Positions 25,159 through 38,142 of a stretch of DNA of 64,000 bases are shown here, piece after piece. The DNA comes from Callorhinchus milii (taxonomy: Eukaryota), in assembly GCF_018977255.1 (NCBI RefSeq), contig NW_024704742.1, forward strand, positions 130,078,001 through 130,142,000, given 5' to 3'. Under the pieces are notes generated by a model. The model worked only from the letters and a program-made list of their open reading frames with translations. It did no database searches and was not told the DNA's origin. Made by a program: the position numbers and the translations under genes. Positions within the stretch are counted from its first letter, which is position 1, and every line of letters begins with the position of its first letter.

Positions 25159-25478
25159 ATAATAATAATAATCCTTGCATTTGATATAGCGCTTTTCACG
25201 TCTTCTAGACGTCCCAAAGCGCTTCACAGAATATACTGTAAAGTGAATTAACTGTATATTTATGGGCGAACGCGGCAGCCAATTGCGCACAGCAGTGTCC
25301 CACAAACAGTCATGGATTGAAAATGACCAATTTTTTATTGTTTTGTTTTTTTGGAGGGATTATTATTAGGAGTGTGGAGTAAGGAAACTTGCCCAAGGTT
25401 TCGCCCTCTGCCTGGAATTGAACTCAGGTCTCTCACTTGCAAAGCGACTGCTCTAATCACTGAACTACAGGACTCCAC
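25159..25478 (-). mobile_element. tRNA-Ala-derived SINE, transitional form (young head, TAGAA loop)
   Basis: Head as in young copies; tail GCGCTTTGGGACGTCTAGAAGACGTGAAAAGCGC. Confidence 0.9.
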
Positions 25479-25764
25479 TGGATAGATAGGAGGGATCTCA
25501 GTTTACTGATTCAATTAGTTACAGTACTGAGTTACAAATAAAACCACTTCATCCTCTCGATTGAAGGAAACATTAAACAAATGGACGTGCGGGGTGGGGG
25601 GGAGGGGGGTGTACTCAACCTACATTTTCAGAGTCTCTGATTACAGTACAAAAAGGATATGGGTCAGCCAGGTGTCTGTCTGACACAGCAGGAAAACCAT
25701 CACTTTGCCAAAAAGCATTGAAACCCGACAAAGAGCTCTGCACATTCAAGGAAATTTCAGTTTG

Positions 25765-26069
25765 TCAAAGCGCTTCACAGAACACGCTATAAAGTTAATT
25801 GACTGTATATTTTGTGGGCGAAACATCCAATTGTGCACAACAGCGACCCCAAACAGCTATCATTGAGTGACCAATTTTTTAAAACGGGATTATTACCCCC
25901 GGAAAAGGGATCCGCCAATCGATTAACAACTGGGTTCCTACTTTACTGCTAGGTAAACAGAAGTATGTAGACAAAGGAAACTTTCCTAATGTTTCTCCCT
26001 GCCCAGGAATCAAATCCAGGTCTCTTGTTTGCGAGGCGAGTACTCGCAAACCATTGAGCTACAGGACTC
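25765..26069 (-). mobile_element. tRNA-derived SINE, old long subfamily, tail truncated
   Basis: Old head (CTCGCCTCGCAA) plus extra internal block. Confidence 0.82.
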
Positions 26070-26323
26070 GATTCTACAGTCTAGAATAGAACATGCACAA
26101 TCTTCCCTTCCTCCTCCTTCTCCTCCCCACCACCAAGGGACGGACAGACGGACGGACATTGCTTACCTGACCTTAGAAAGTGGGAGGCACAGGTTGGTGA
26201 GAGCCAAGGTTTGGGTGATATCCAGAGTGTTCACTGTGGGCACTGCTGGGAGTTTAACCAATTTAAACCGGGCAGCTTGCCATTGCAAATACTATCTAAC
26301 AAGCTTCCTGTTGCTTATGCAAC

Positions 26324-26644
26324 TATAATAATAATAATAATCCTTGCATTTGATATAGCGCTTTTCATGTCAGGAGGACATCCCAAAGCGCTTCACAGAA
26401 CACACTGTAAAGTGAATTGACTGTATATTTGTGGGCGAACGCGGGAGCCAATTGCGCACAGCAATGTCCCACAAACAGTCGTAGAATGAAAATGACCAAT
26501 TTATTATTATTTTTGTTTTTTGGAGGGATTATTATTAGGCTCTGTGTGGAGTAAGGAAACTTGCCTAACGTTTCGCCCTGCCTGGAATTGAACTCAGGTC
26601 TCTCGCTTGCAAAGCGAGTGCTCTAACCACTGAGCTACAGGACT
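26324..26644 (-). mobile_element. tRNA-Ala-derived SINE, young short subfamily
   Basis: Near-full copy with (TTA)n tail. Confidence 0.9.
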
Positions 26645-27257
26645 AGGATTTAAAAGGATTTAAAAAAGCAACTTTAATCGATGAGGTGTTTGGTTGAAGT
26701 CTAAAGATGTATATAATAATAATAACATTTGTATTTGATGTATTTGTATTGAGATGTCTCAAAGCGCTACACAGAATTTACTGTAAAGTGAATTGAATGT
26801 ACATTTTGTGAGCGAAATGCACAAGCTTCCGAAATACAGGCAGAAATATGAAGTGTTGCGAAGGCATACATTCGGGAGAGTGAAACTTGAATGCGTTTTA
26901 ATCTGAACACCACAACGTCCCTGAAGGATACTAACTGCCGCCTTATATCTTGCTCTGAGTTACACAAGATGGGATTGGCTTTCAGCAAGTGTTTTTTTTG
27001 TTGTCATCACTGGCTGCCACAGTTGTCAGCAGACTTCTACTGTCAATTGCGGGTCTTGAGCTGTGTCACTAATGTACTGCTCAATCTGAACTGCAGTGAT
27101 ATCAAGTTATATTTCTCTGGTTACAAACAGCATAACCTTTATATATCCTGCACTGAAAAGGTTGACGATGAGCATCATGTCTGGATTGAACTCACAGTTC
27201 AGATTACTATTCAAATGAGTGGGTGAGGAGGGGGAAAAAAGGCGTGTCAGTGGAGGC

Positions 27258-27415
27258 AACAACAATAAATTATATTTGTATAGCGCCTTTCATATCGGGA
27301 GGACGTCCCAAGGTGCTGGACTGTTACGGATTTGGACCCAAGCTGGGGGTTGGGATTAGGGGGGGCTGGAGGGTGACCAAAGGCACAGGTGAAGAGGGTC
27401 TTGAGATAGGCTTTG
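27258..27415 (-). mobile_element. L2 LINE 3' end
   Basis: Same GTCCAGCACCTTGGGACGTCCTCCCGA...GCGCTATACAAATATAAT tail and FKAYLKTLF coding remnant. Confidence 0.75.
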
Positions 27416-28952
27416 AAATGCTGTTCACTGTCCAGCACCTTCGGACGTCCTCTCAATGTGAAAGGGATGTTGAAGATCCCCTGGCATTATTCAAAAAGAG
27501 AAGGTTGTTTCTCCCGGTGTCCTGGTCAATAATCCCCCAAAATAAAATTGTCACTCACTCCATGGCTGCCGCAGTTCACACAAAATATACAGTCAATTCA
27601 CTTTACAGTATATCCTGTGAAGCCCTTTGAGACTTCTCAACGACATGATAAAGCGCTATATCAAATGCAAGGATTATTAAATGCATTATTGGAACTGCCT
27701 TTCTCGATCCTTAAATGGAGGTCCTAACTATCTGTTCAGGCAGAGGCTAAAGATCCTGTGACAACTGCCTCTCCCAGCTAACAATCCTCAGCTAAGTTGA
27801 AGGTTTAGAATCAAATGAGCCAAAGGGCCTTTTCTCCCCTTTGAATTTCTCTTGTGAACAAATTGAAATCTATCAGCAGGAAGCAGCATTTTTGGATACA
27901 AGTCTTATTTTCTAAACTGTTTTAGAAAAAATAATCTTTTGAAAGTGCTGCTGTTTTGACAAGACCGGACCAACAGAAGCCATGTGGATCGCAGATCCTG
28001 GAGCTCATGTTTTAAATAGTTTGCCATGACCTGCACGATCCCCTATGTTTATTGACTGAACAATTTAAATTTCCTTTCTGGTGGCTAGCCGAGCGCAAAA
28101 GAGTTTTTCATCCATTCAAGAGGGAGGGAATAAGGAGGGATACTATTCTTGCACATTTTAAGACCATCCTTAGATGGAGGCTAGGTTTTCAATTTTCCCA
28201 CATTTACCCTGATATAAAAGATCCTTTGCATTTGATATATAGTGCTTTTCAGGTCGGGAGGATATATCAAAGCGCCTCACAGGATTTTCTATGAAATGCA
28301 TTCTGTAAATATTAGCTCTCTCCCTGCTTCCCACTGAAGGCTACAGTTTCAATTGGGATATGGTTTCATGGATGCCAGCAGCCTCCAGTACTTTACCCCA
28401 AAAGCCTATTCTTCATACGAGAGTCTAGGCAGAGATCAACACTGAGTATCTTTTCAGAGCATCCCAGCAGAATTCATTCCCATCCTCATCAGACATCACT
28501 ATGTACCTCTTCTCATTCTTTCTCTCCCTCTTCCCCCAAGCCAGCAAAAATTCTCTCTCTCTCTCACTCCCAAGCTAGCAAAATTCTACACTGCACAGCT
28601 TGAACGTGTGGTCAACGAAAATAGTGAGGGATGCCAAAAAGAAAATGATGAAGACCTGCTCTGGTTAAGTTATAGAAGTGTTGGGTGCGGGGATACATCC
28701 CAATGGTGGATGGAACTGCAACTTACAGATTTGGAGCTCACTAGTTCGAACAAATATGCTGAGTTTGCTGTTCTTAGTCGAAGCTGTGTGTGGGAGGTGG
28801 AATTGGCCCCAGCCTCTCCACGATTCAGGAGGGGGTTAAAAAACAGCAAGGGTTCATGCCCCTCATCCCTCTAATCGTATCCTCTACAGATTATTGTCAA
28901 CCTTCTACCAGGTTAAAGCACCCTGGGACAAAATTTCGACATTAAGACACTT

Positions 28953-29274
28953 TGGAGTCCTGTAGCTCAATGGTTAGAGCACTCGCTTTGCAAGCGAGAG
29001 ACCTGAGTTCAATTCCAGGCAGGGCGAAACCTTGGGCAAGTTTCCTTACTCCACACAGAGCCTAATAATAATCCCTCCAAAACCAAAAACAATAATAAAT
29101 TGGTCATTTTCAATCTACGACTGTTTGTGGGACATTGCTGTGCGCAAATGGCTGCCGCATTCGCCCACAAATATACAGTCAATTCACTTTACAGTGTTCT
29201 GTGAAGCGCTTTGGGACGTCCTCCCGACGTGAAAAGCGCTATATCAAATGCAAGGATTATTATTATTATTATTA
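28953..29274 (+). mobile_element. tRNA-Ala-derived SINE, young short subfamily
   Basis: Full copy with CTCCC-loop hairpin at 29206-29239. Confidence 0.92.
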
Positions 29275-29894
29275 TATCAATGTAAATTTGTATTGTAATT
29301 CATATTATATTGGATTCTCCTACTTTTGCTCTCCCTCTTCAGGTCTTTTACTAAATCCTAATCTCTTAAAAGCAGAACAATAGTAAGTAGTTTGACAACT
29401 AATAAGAGGTAATAAAGGAACTTCTGAACGTGAAGTAAAGGATTGCTGCCTTTCCTACTTCCACACTACTCCAGAGCACGAGCGACATTTACCGTGGATA
29501 AAGCAGGCAGCCCTGCACATTTAGTTGCTTCCTCTGTTTGTTGTGCTTTACTGAGGCATAGTTCTAAGACCAGCAATCATTTTCTCAAAAAAAAACAGGT
29601 TTCCTGAGAAAATGCACATCCCCCACAATCGAAGATGACCCAATCTGCTGAGCCCCCAACCTCATTCGACAACCTCAGCTATACAGTACTGATGTTGAGC
29701 AGGGCTGAACATCTCTCTTTGGGTGCAGGAAGGGCAACTACCTGCCAGCTTTACAGGAAGGAGGGGGGGGGCATGAAATTGCCCTTGTGTCCTCCCAACT
29801 GCAGCTTGCGTGTGGCCTGGGGACACCACAGCAAGTAGTATTGCAAATAAAAATACTATATAGAGAGTTATTCTCACCTAAACAACAGACATCT

Positions 29895-30240
29895 GTCCTG
29901 TAGCTCAGTGGTTAGAGCACTCGCCTCACAAGCGAGAGACCTGGGTTTGATTCCCAGCAGGGCGAAACTTTGGGCAAGTTTCCATATTCCACATGCCTTT
30001 GTTTACTGTGTGCTGAAGCTGAACTGCTGCCTGGTGCATCACACATGTTTTATAATGTAATAATAATAATCCTTGCATTTGATATAGCGCCTTATTACGC
30101 TTTTGAGACGTCTCAAAGCACTCCACAGAATATGACTTGTAAATTGACTGTGGATGAAATACGGCAGCCAATTGCGGACAGCAATGTCCCACAAGCAGTT
30201 ATGGATTGAGTGACCAAATTTCTTTTAAGGGATCATTACC
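29895..30240. mobile_element. Old SINE head (+, 29895-30010) facing an old SINE 3' half (-, 30057-30240)
   Basis: GTCCTGTAGCTCAGTGGTTAGAGCACTCGCCTCACAAGCGAG head; reverse-oriented tail from (TAA)n at 30057. Confidence 0.75.
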
Positions 30241-32453
30241 ATCATCTGCAGTACCTTGCTTTTTGTCCACTTTACAGTATATCAAATGCAAGGATTATTA
30301 TATTATTAGCATTATATTATAATAGTTAAAGCTCTCTGAACTGACTAAAACAAAAGCACACTAGACTCCTTCAAAAACAACGAAAGAAAAGATTGGTTCA
30401 GGCTCTGCACTTTCTGCCACAGTTAACCGGTTCACATTACAATCACATCAATCCACCCTTACAATTACTGCTTAAATTTACAACAGGGCTTAGGAGTCAA
30501 CATTGGGACAATTACAGAAAAATCAATCTTCCACAGACTGTGTTAGTGAAGTGTAACCCACCTGCTCCACCCTCTCTCTCTCCTCCTGCCCCAGTAAAGA
30601 AAGGTCTTGGGACATCTATCAAACGCTAGTGTAAGGTGTGTATCTGCATGGCTACTGTGTTTCACTTTTCATAACATAATAACCTCAAAAAGGTCACCAT
30701 CCCAAACCCACCATCCCCTTCTCTCCAAATGGCCTGGGTAGTTGTACAAATTTATCTTTGCCAGATTTAAATTTATTTAAACTAGTTTATTATAAACGCA
30801 TCATTCAGCAAAATAATAAAATATCTTTTTTTTAAATATATATATTTCGACCCCTTTGATCAATAAATATGATGAAAGGTTCAAGTTCTGGATGTTCAGG
30901 GCCTTTATTATGAAGTGCAATTTTGCACTTGAGAAATTTTACAGTGCTTCAAAAAAAATTTGGAATTTTTGGAGGGAAATTAAATTAAGTGGGAACTAGA
31001 GGAAACTGATGCAGTGCAAAGTTGTTTGTAATCTTCTTGTAACCACAACTGAAGCCCCTTCATATACCTTTATATAGCACTAGCATAAACAAGTAACCAC
31101 ACTTGCCAGAAATGAACAGCACCTCTGAGGTACAACTGCAGTTCAGCAACACCATCAGAAGAAACCACAAAGGAAACTCCACTGCAAATACAAGTTAATT
31201 GGTAAGAATTGCCTGGCGACAATCAATTTTTAAGCTAGAGTTGGACATCTATTTGGTCTCTAAATTTTAAGTTTCTCTACTTCTCCCTCCCTCAATCCCT
31301 CCGCCTTGTCCCCCCTCTCCCCTTTTCCAAGTCTCGCCTGAAAACCTTCCTCTTTGTCCATGCTTACAGAAAATCAACATTCTGCGCGTCCAAAACACGG
31401 AGAAAATCCAAACCGATTGTCCCCCGAAACCCAGGATACTGAGCAAATTGCAGGCCTTTTTAACAATTCCTGAGTTAAATTTCACTAACTCAGCACAGAC
31501 ACAAGTTCTTTCCTAGCCTGAATGATCAGCTCTTCACTGGAAATGTTCACTGAGCTATTGAGGAAACCCATGTTATGCTTAGAAGCTCCCAGTCTCAGAA
31601 TGGCAGAGAAGAGTAACAGGGATAGGAAACAGATGATGTGAAAGTAGGGCATAGGCTGAAATGCTGGAATGTCAGCACAAACTGCAGGAAAGCAGAAGCA
31701 TTAACTTCTGTTTTTTTTAAAAATACTTCCCTACTTTTCCAATTTTAGCATCAGCTTCTGTAAAAATGGTCAAAAACATTCAGTTTTAAAAACGCAGCTC
31801 ACCGTGATTTTAGTAATGACCACAATTAATGTATTGTTACAAAAGGAGCTTGACATTCAAAAGCAATTTGGTTTAGTTACTTAAGATTGTGTTTGTGATT
31901 TCACTCGTGCTGTCCTGGAGACTGCCGTGAAGTTGGACGGACAGCTCTCCCAGTCCTTTGACAGTGTTGTTTGAGCCAAGTCCTAATACTGGAATTGTAT
32001 GAGCAAGATTCCCAGTGAAACACTGTGCCTCTGCTCAGCCCTTCCTCTAATAACCCAACTGAGGTCACAGGCATCAACTAAATTTTCATTAAAACATTAT
32101 TTTACACAGTACATAAAAGTCACAGGATGGGATAAATATTGTATTTTATGGCCTTCATTTCAGATACGACATGCCCTACAGCTGTTCATATAGAGTAATG
32201 TCAGTACATTACAATCCATTAAGACCATCTATGGAATGAACACTTCCGAGGGAGGGATACACTGCTTCAAGGTATGCCAGGCTCATTAGTAGTAATTCAA
32301 GATATTGTTAATTGGGAGCAAGTTCAAGTCCCAATGGGTAGGGTTGTCCTCGCTTTGGTAAATAACCGGAAATCATAGCCATACTTTGTACTGGAAAGCT
32401 ACCCGGTTGCAATTATGATCAATAGTGCTTTACACTCAGAATATAATAATGAT

Positions 32454-32739
32454 GAGTCCCATAGCTCAGTGATTAGAGAGACCTGGGTTCGATTCCCAGC
32501 AGAGCAAAACGTTGGCCAAGTTTCCTTACTCCACACGCCCTGATAATAATCCCTCAAGAAAAGAAAAATAATAAAATTGGTCACTTCAATCCACGACTGT
32601 TTGTAGGACACTGTGTTGCACAATTGGCTGCCACGTTTTGCGCACAAATATAGTCAATTCACTTTATAATATATTCTATGAAGCGCTTTGAGACGTATAG
32701 AAGACGTGAAAGGCGCTATATCAAATGCAAGGATTATTA
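32454..32739 (+). mobile_element. tRNA-derived SINE, intermediate subfamily (anticodon arm deleted)
   Basis: Shares diagnostics CCCTCAAG, GGTCACTTCAATCCACG and TAGAAGACGTG with 4787-5099. Confidence 0.85.
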
Positions 32740-32752
32740 ATATTTATTAATA

Positions 32753-32950
32753 TTATAATAATCCTTGCATTTGATATAGCATCTCATCATGTCTTCGAGG
32801 CGTCTCAAAGCGCTTCACAGAATATATTGTAAAGTGAATTGACTGTATATTTTGTGGGCGAAACGTGGTAACTAATTGCGCACAGTAGCGTCCCACAAGC
32901 AGTGGTGGATCGAGTGACCAAATTATTATTTTGTTAAAAAAAGGAATTAT
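32753..32950 (-). mobile_element. Old SINE 3' half, tail-to-tail with 32454-32739
   Basis: TAATAATCCTTGCATTTGATATAGC..CAAAGCGCTTCACAG..GAGTGACCAAATT. Confidence 0.8.
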
Positions 32951-33519
32951 ATGAGAGCCAACACTGGATGACATTGTACTAAATAAGCCATGGTTCAAAC
33001 ACCAAGCAATAAACAAATAATTATGGTAATTCTACTGTCCTGAGAAATCCTGGGGCCCACATGGCAACGGCTGTTTTTTTCCCGAGGCTGGCATTAAAGA
33101 TCCAGCACATAACTACAACTCTGCACCACATTTCCAGTTTTCAGAAACAACCATGCTGTCAGTTGGGGGAGGTCGTTACAAACTGCAGAATTGAAAAAGA
33201 AAATTCCATTACCAATGTAACCATTGCTCACAAATAGCACGAATCAATGGTCATAGCTTGCAAAATCCCTCCTCGGTCCAATTCCTTAGACGATTTGTCA
33301 TAGAACAAGTCACTTTCCTGTTAACTGAACTGACGAGACTGGTTAGGACACAAAATAAACACACCCTGGATCGTCTTTCCTCTTCCTTCCCAAGAGGCTT
33401 CTAACTTTAATAACTTAGAAAACTGAAGGCACAGAGAGTACAACCATGTGATTAAAATCATCTGCACCATTCGTTATGCCCCCAATTTGGGACACAGCCT
33501 CTGGGCACTGCGTGTACTA

Positions 33520-33866
33520 TATAATAATCTTTGCATGTCATAAAGTACCTTATCACATTGTCGAGACGTCTCAAAGCGCTTCACAAAACATATTATAAAG
33601 TGAATTGACTGTAAACTTTTATGGGCGAAGCATGGCAGGCAATAGCACACAGCAGTGTCCCACTAACAGTCATGGATTGAGTGACCAAATTACTATTTTT
33701 TTAAGGATTATTACCCCCGGAAAGTGATCAGCTATTCGACTCACAACAGGGTTCCTATTTACTGCTAGGTAAAGAGATGTATGGAGTAAGGAAATTTGTC
33801 TAAGGCTTAGCCCTTCGCAGGAATCAAACTCAGGTTCTCTCGCTTGCGAGATGAGTGCTCTATCCA
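33520..33866 (-). mobile_element. tRNA-derived SINE, old long subfamily
   Basis: Near-full diverged copy with extra internal block. Confidence 0.82.
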
Positions 33867-36734
33867 ATACACTACATTACTACCTACCACCCACAGGAGT
33901 ATTAATATTGCGTTAACAGACTAAAGATGTAAAATTCACAAATTTAAATGCAGCTGCCGTCAATTCAGGTTGAAACAAATCAAGTGTCTCTTTACCGCAG
34001 GCTGGTTCTTTTTAAAAAATATGGGTGGAGATGCATTGGAACAATTTGTCATCAGGCAACACTTTTAGCTGTAAAGCTGACAAGGCTTCAGTAACTCGTG
34101 GTGAACGTGGATGAGTTGAATCAAGATGATCTGGCAGCATCTGCATTAACAGACATATTTATGGTGGAAACTCTACAGAAAATGGGCCTTGCTTGCTATT
34201 TCAGTAGCACTATCTACTGAGACAGGGTGACCCCGTTATTAAGTGCTTTGCTGGAACGCAAGTTAGTTTACATCACAGGTCTCCTTTGAACTCTGCAGCT
34301 CATCTTTTATGCTTCAATTTAATGCAAGCATATGAGCTTGTGGACCCAGAACACCCCATTATAATGGGGTTGTGCCATACCATGCATGTTGAGTTTAATC
34401 ACAGCATTTGACAATCCCTCATTCAGAAATATCTTCCTCTCCCATTCCAGTGACCCTTCTCCCATGCCAGATCGGTGAGAAAGAAAACAACCATCACACA
34501 ATGTCAAGCAAAGATGCCCGGGAGCTTTGTATTGTTGTAGAATAATACAATAATACGTGCATTTAACATAGCGCCTTCTCACATTGTCAACAGTATGAAA
34601 GTGCTGCACAGGACTTTTATTGTAAAGTGTTGTGGGCAAATTCACTGTAAAGTGAGTGTTACATCCACATCCTGGCTCCAACTACACTTGCAGGAAACCT
34701 GTTCCACTTGTTAATTACTCTCACTGAAGCACAACTGCATGCAGTGAACTGTGCCATTAACTTGTTTTAATGGAAAATGAAGCCAATTTATTAATGTGCA
34801 TTCATAATAAAATGTCCCAATTCATTAGTATCAATGGCCAGCCAGCTGGTGAGCAAGTAAATGATGGGAAATAGTGATGCTATTCTCGGAGTAGATGAAT
34901 TATATAGTTTCTTCTCCAATGTCAGGAAGCAATTCATTCATACACAGTTTTGAATAACGTTTTTCCAACATTACCCGAAACATGCAGCAACCAATGATAA
35001 CAATTTACATTTATTGGTGCTGCTTAAAGGGAATCATCCTTCGTGGCAGTAATACAAATGCTGCATTTGCTAAGAAAAATGTTTCAATATGCTTTAAAAA
35101 TATTATTATTATTAAAAATCACAGTTCATTAGGAATTAAATTGGAATTGCTTCCAATAGACAAGCTATACTGTTTAACACAGCTAGACAATGCTTCAACC
35201 ATTGCAACCATCACCCAATACTGCAACCCAATATCAAATGACGTATTACTACCAAAAGCTACAGTCGAGAAATTACATTACTTCTTCGATTCAAAGCAGC
35301 ACCGTCTATCTCTTCAGTGTAATCAAGATTGTACTAAAATCTCACAATTACAGAGCTATGCATAGAGTCATTTGACTTCTATCTGACTAGTTAACGATGT
35401 TTCCTTCTTGTCTATGTGTTAACATCGGTCTTTGTGCATTCAGCCAATTACCCTGTGCCACTCAGAGTTTTAGAATTTTATGTTTCTCAATTTAAAAATT
35501 CCATTATTTCCCTGCATTAGTTCCTCTGAATCCCCAATTCATACTGGCCAGCAACATTGAACTACAAAAACAACAAGTTATATTTGTATAGCACCTTTCA
35601 CGTCAGGACAATGTCCCAAGGTGCTGGATTAGACAACCAGCCAACCAAACAAACAAGCTTGTATACCGGGCTGCACTGGTCTATAAAATGCCAACTCATT
35701 AGGTAATCTACACTGATTCATGTAATTCATATTTTTTTTTAAATGGAAAAGCAGCTGCATCTCATATGGACACTGCTGGAAAATTAGTGATATAATATCC
35801 ATATGTTGAGTGCATATTAATAACAATGCTTCCAAGATCCAATTAAAACCCAGTCTTCTACAGTGAATAGGGAGACTGGTGAGCAACAACCCAAATCCAA
35901 GTACAGTCACTGCAAGCTGGCTTAGTGTTCAAGGACTTGTCCAATCCTGCAAATTCTTCTAATATCTGCAACTAGGGACTGCTTTAAGAATATAACTGGA
36001 GAATTTTACAGATCTTTCCCCAGAAAGGGTATCTTCCATTCCAGCTTGGAGTCACCAATCACATTTTAATTCATGTGGTCCTCCTACTCTTTTCAACCTT
36101 GGTAATGCTTTATACAGCCTTACTGAAATCCTTCATAATAGGCAGTGGCTCTCCAGTGTTGGTTTCTCAATACAATAATCTCTGCTCCCAACTTCAATGT
36201 GAAGTTGTTTGTTTAATGCAAGTAAAAAATCAGTCAAAGCAATCTATTGACACAAAACCTCAATTCCCAGTCTCAAATTCTTACAACATGCCAAAAACAA
36301 AATCACAATTTGATGCAAGCAAATGCTCCATGAGTGCCTGTGATAGTTAATTGAGAAGTAATCGCCAAATGAATTGAGGACGCACTTGAATTTGGTCAGT
36401 TCCCAAACCCATCCATCGCGTCCTTGAAGTGAAGTCAATTCAAAGAATGTGAAAAGTCTTTATGATTCTATCTAAAATTAACTTTAAATTCCAACAATAA
36501 TAAATGTCTATTTCCGACTTTAAATTGAAAAGGAATTACTTTGAAGTTCTAACCCAAATTCATTGAAAAGTTCAAACAAATCACTCAAAGATTTTACGTA
36601 ATTTAGATTCCCTGTTTTCCCTTAATCTGACAGGGCTACACATCTCTCGTAGCAAAGATGGCAGACAAACTGCTTCAAGGCTCCCGTCAATAATATAATA
36701 ATCTTTGTTGTTTGTGGGTCATTGATATTATGAG

Positions 36735-37022
36735 TAATCCTTGCATTTAATATAACTCCTTATCATGTCATTGAGATATCTCAAAGCTCTTCACAGAATA
36801 TAATGTAAAGTGGATTGACTGTATTTTGTGGGTGAAACGCAGCAGCCAATTGTGCACAGCAGTGTCTCACAAAAGTCGTGGATTGAGTGACCATATTTTT
36901 TTTCTTTGCTGGGATTATTACTCCTGTAAAGCAATCCTTCAATGACCTAAGACCAGGTTCCTACTTACTGTGGCTGTATACAGTGTTGTGTGGAGTAAGG
37001 AAACTTGCCTAAGGTTTCGCCT
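36735..37022 (-). mobile_element. Old long SINE, head missing
   Basis: Tail, body and extra internal block are recognisable. Confidence 0.78.
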
Positions 37023-37439
37023 GGAAATACTTGGGATCAGTTGGCAGCATTCTTACCTCCGGTGAGTTGTGCGTTGAAAACCCACCTTAGGACTTGAGTT
37101 TGCAGCCGAGACTGACAATGCAATGTAAGGAGAGAAAGGTCTTGCTTTATCAGATGTGCCAACTTTCAGATGATACTTTCAGGTGAGGTTTTGTCTGCCT
37201 TAGATGGATATTAAACAGCCCATGGCACTATGCTAACGATTTCTTCTGATGCCCTGCGAACAAACCTCCATATTAATTAGTCATTCACTTCACAGATGCT
37301 GGTGCAAATAGCTACCACGTTTACCTCACAAGAGGTACTATTGACTAGGTACTACTATTGACAGAAACTACTTGTAAAGAAGCACCATCACAATTCAATT
37401 GAAATTGAAAATTAGAAAGCAAAGATAGGAATAATGCAA

Positions 37440-38142
37440 TAATAAATAATCTTTGCATTTAATATAACACCTTTCACATCAGAAGGATGTCTCAAAGCAC
37501 TTCACCAGATTTACTGCAAAAGTGGAGTCCTGTAGCTCAGTGGTTAGAGCACTCGCTTTGCAAGTGAGAGACCCGAGTTCAATTCCAGGCAGGTCAGGGC
37601 GAAACCTTGGGCAAGTTTCCTTACTCCACACGCCTAATAATAATCCCTCCAAAACCCAAAACAATAATAAATTGGTCATTTTCATTCTACGACTGTTTGT
37701 GGGACACTGCTGTGCGCAATTGGCTGCCGCGTTCGCCCACAAATACACAGTCAATTCACTTTACAGTGTGTTCTGTGAAGCGCTTTGGGACGTCCTCCCG
37801 ACGTGAAAAGCGCTATATCAAATGCAAGGATTATTATTATTATTAAAAGATAACCAGCAGTCAATTTGCACACAGCAAAGTCACACAAAAACTATGAAGT
37901 ATAACACCTGGAGAAATTCCTTTTTTCTTTTCAAGTAGTTTCACAGGATCTTTAACATTTCACCTGAACAGGCAGGTGAAATCTTGGTTTAACATCTCAT
38001 CCAAATAATAGCACCTCGACCAATGCAGTGGTGCCCAGCACTGCATTGGATTGTCAGCCAAGACTATGAGCTGAATTCCTGATGTGAGGACTGAACCCAC
38101 AATTTTCTGACTCAGAGGCGAAAGTACTATCAACTAAGCCAG
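37440..38142 (-). mobile_element. Ancient Deu-domain SINE interrupted by the young SINE at 37522-37845
   Basis: Tail at 37440-37521; body and head at 37846-38142 (..TTCTGACTCAGAGGCGAAAGTACTATCAACTAAGCC). Confidence 0.7.
37522..37845 (+). mobile_element. tRNA-Ala-derived SINE, young short subfamily
   Basis: Full copy, inserted in a minus-strand Deu-SINE. Confidence 0.92.

Noticed and set aside
37607..37846. Recurrent small ORFs (MGKFPYST...[15 protein letters not shown]) suggesting a peptide family
   Set aside because: These are translations of the SINE consensus. Frames break between copies and the poly-Tyr comes from the (TTA)n tail.
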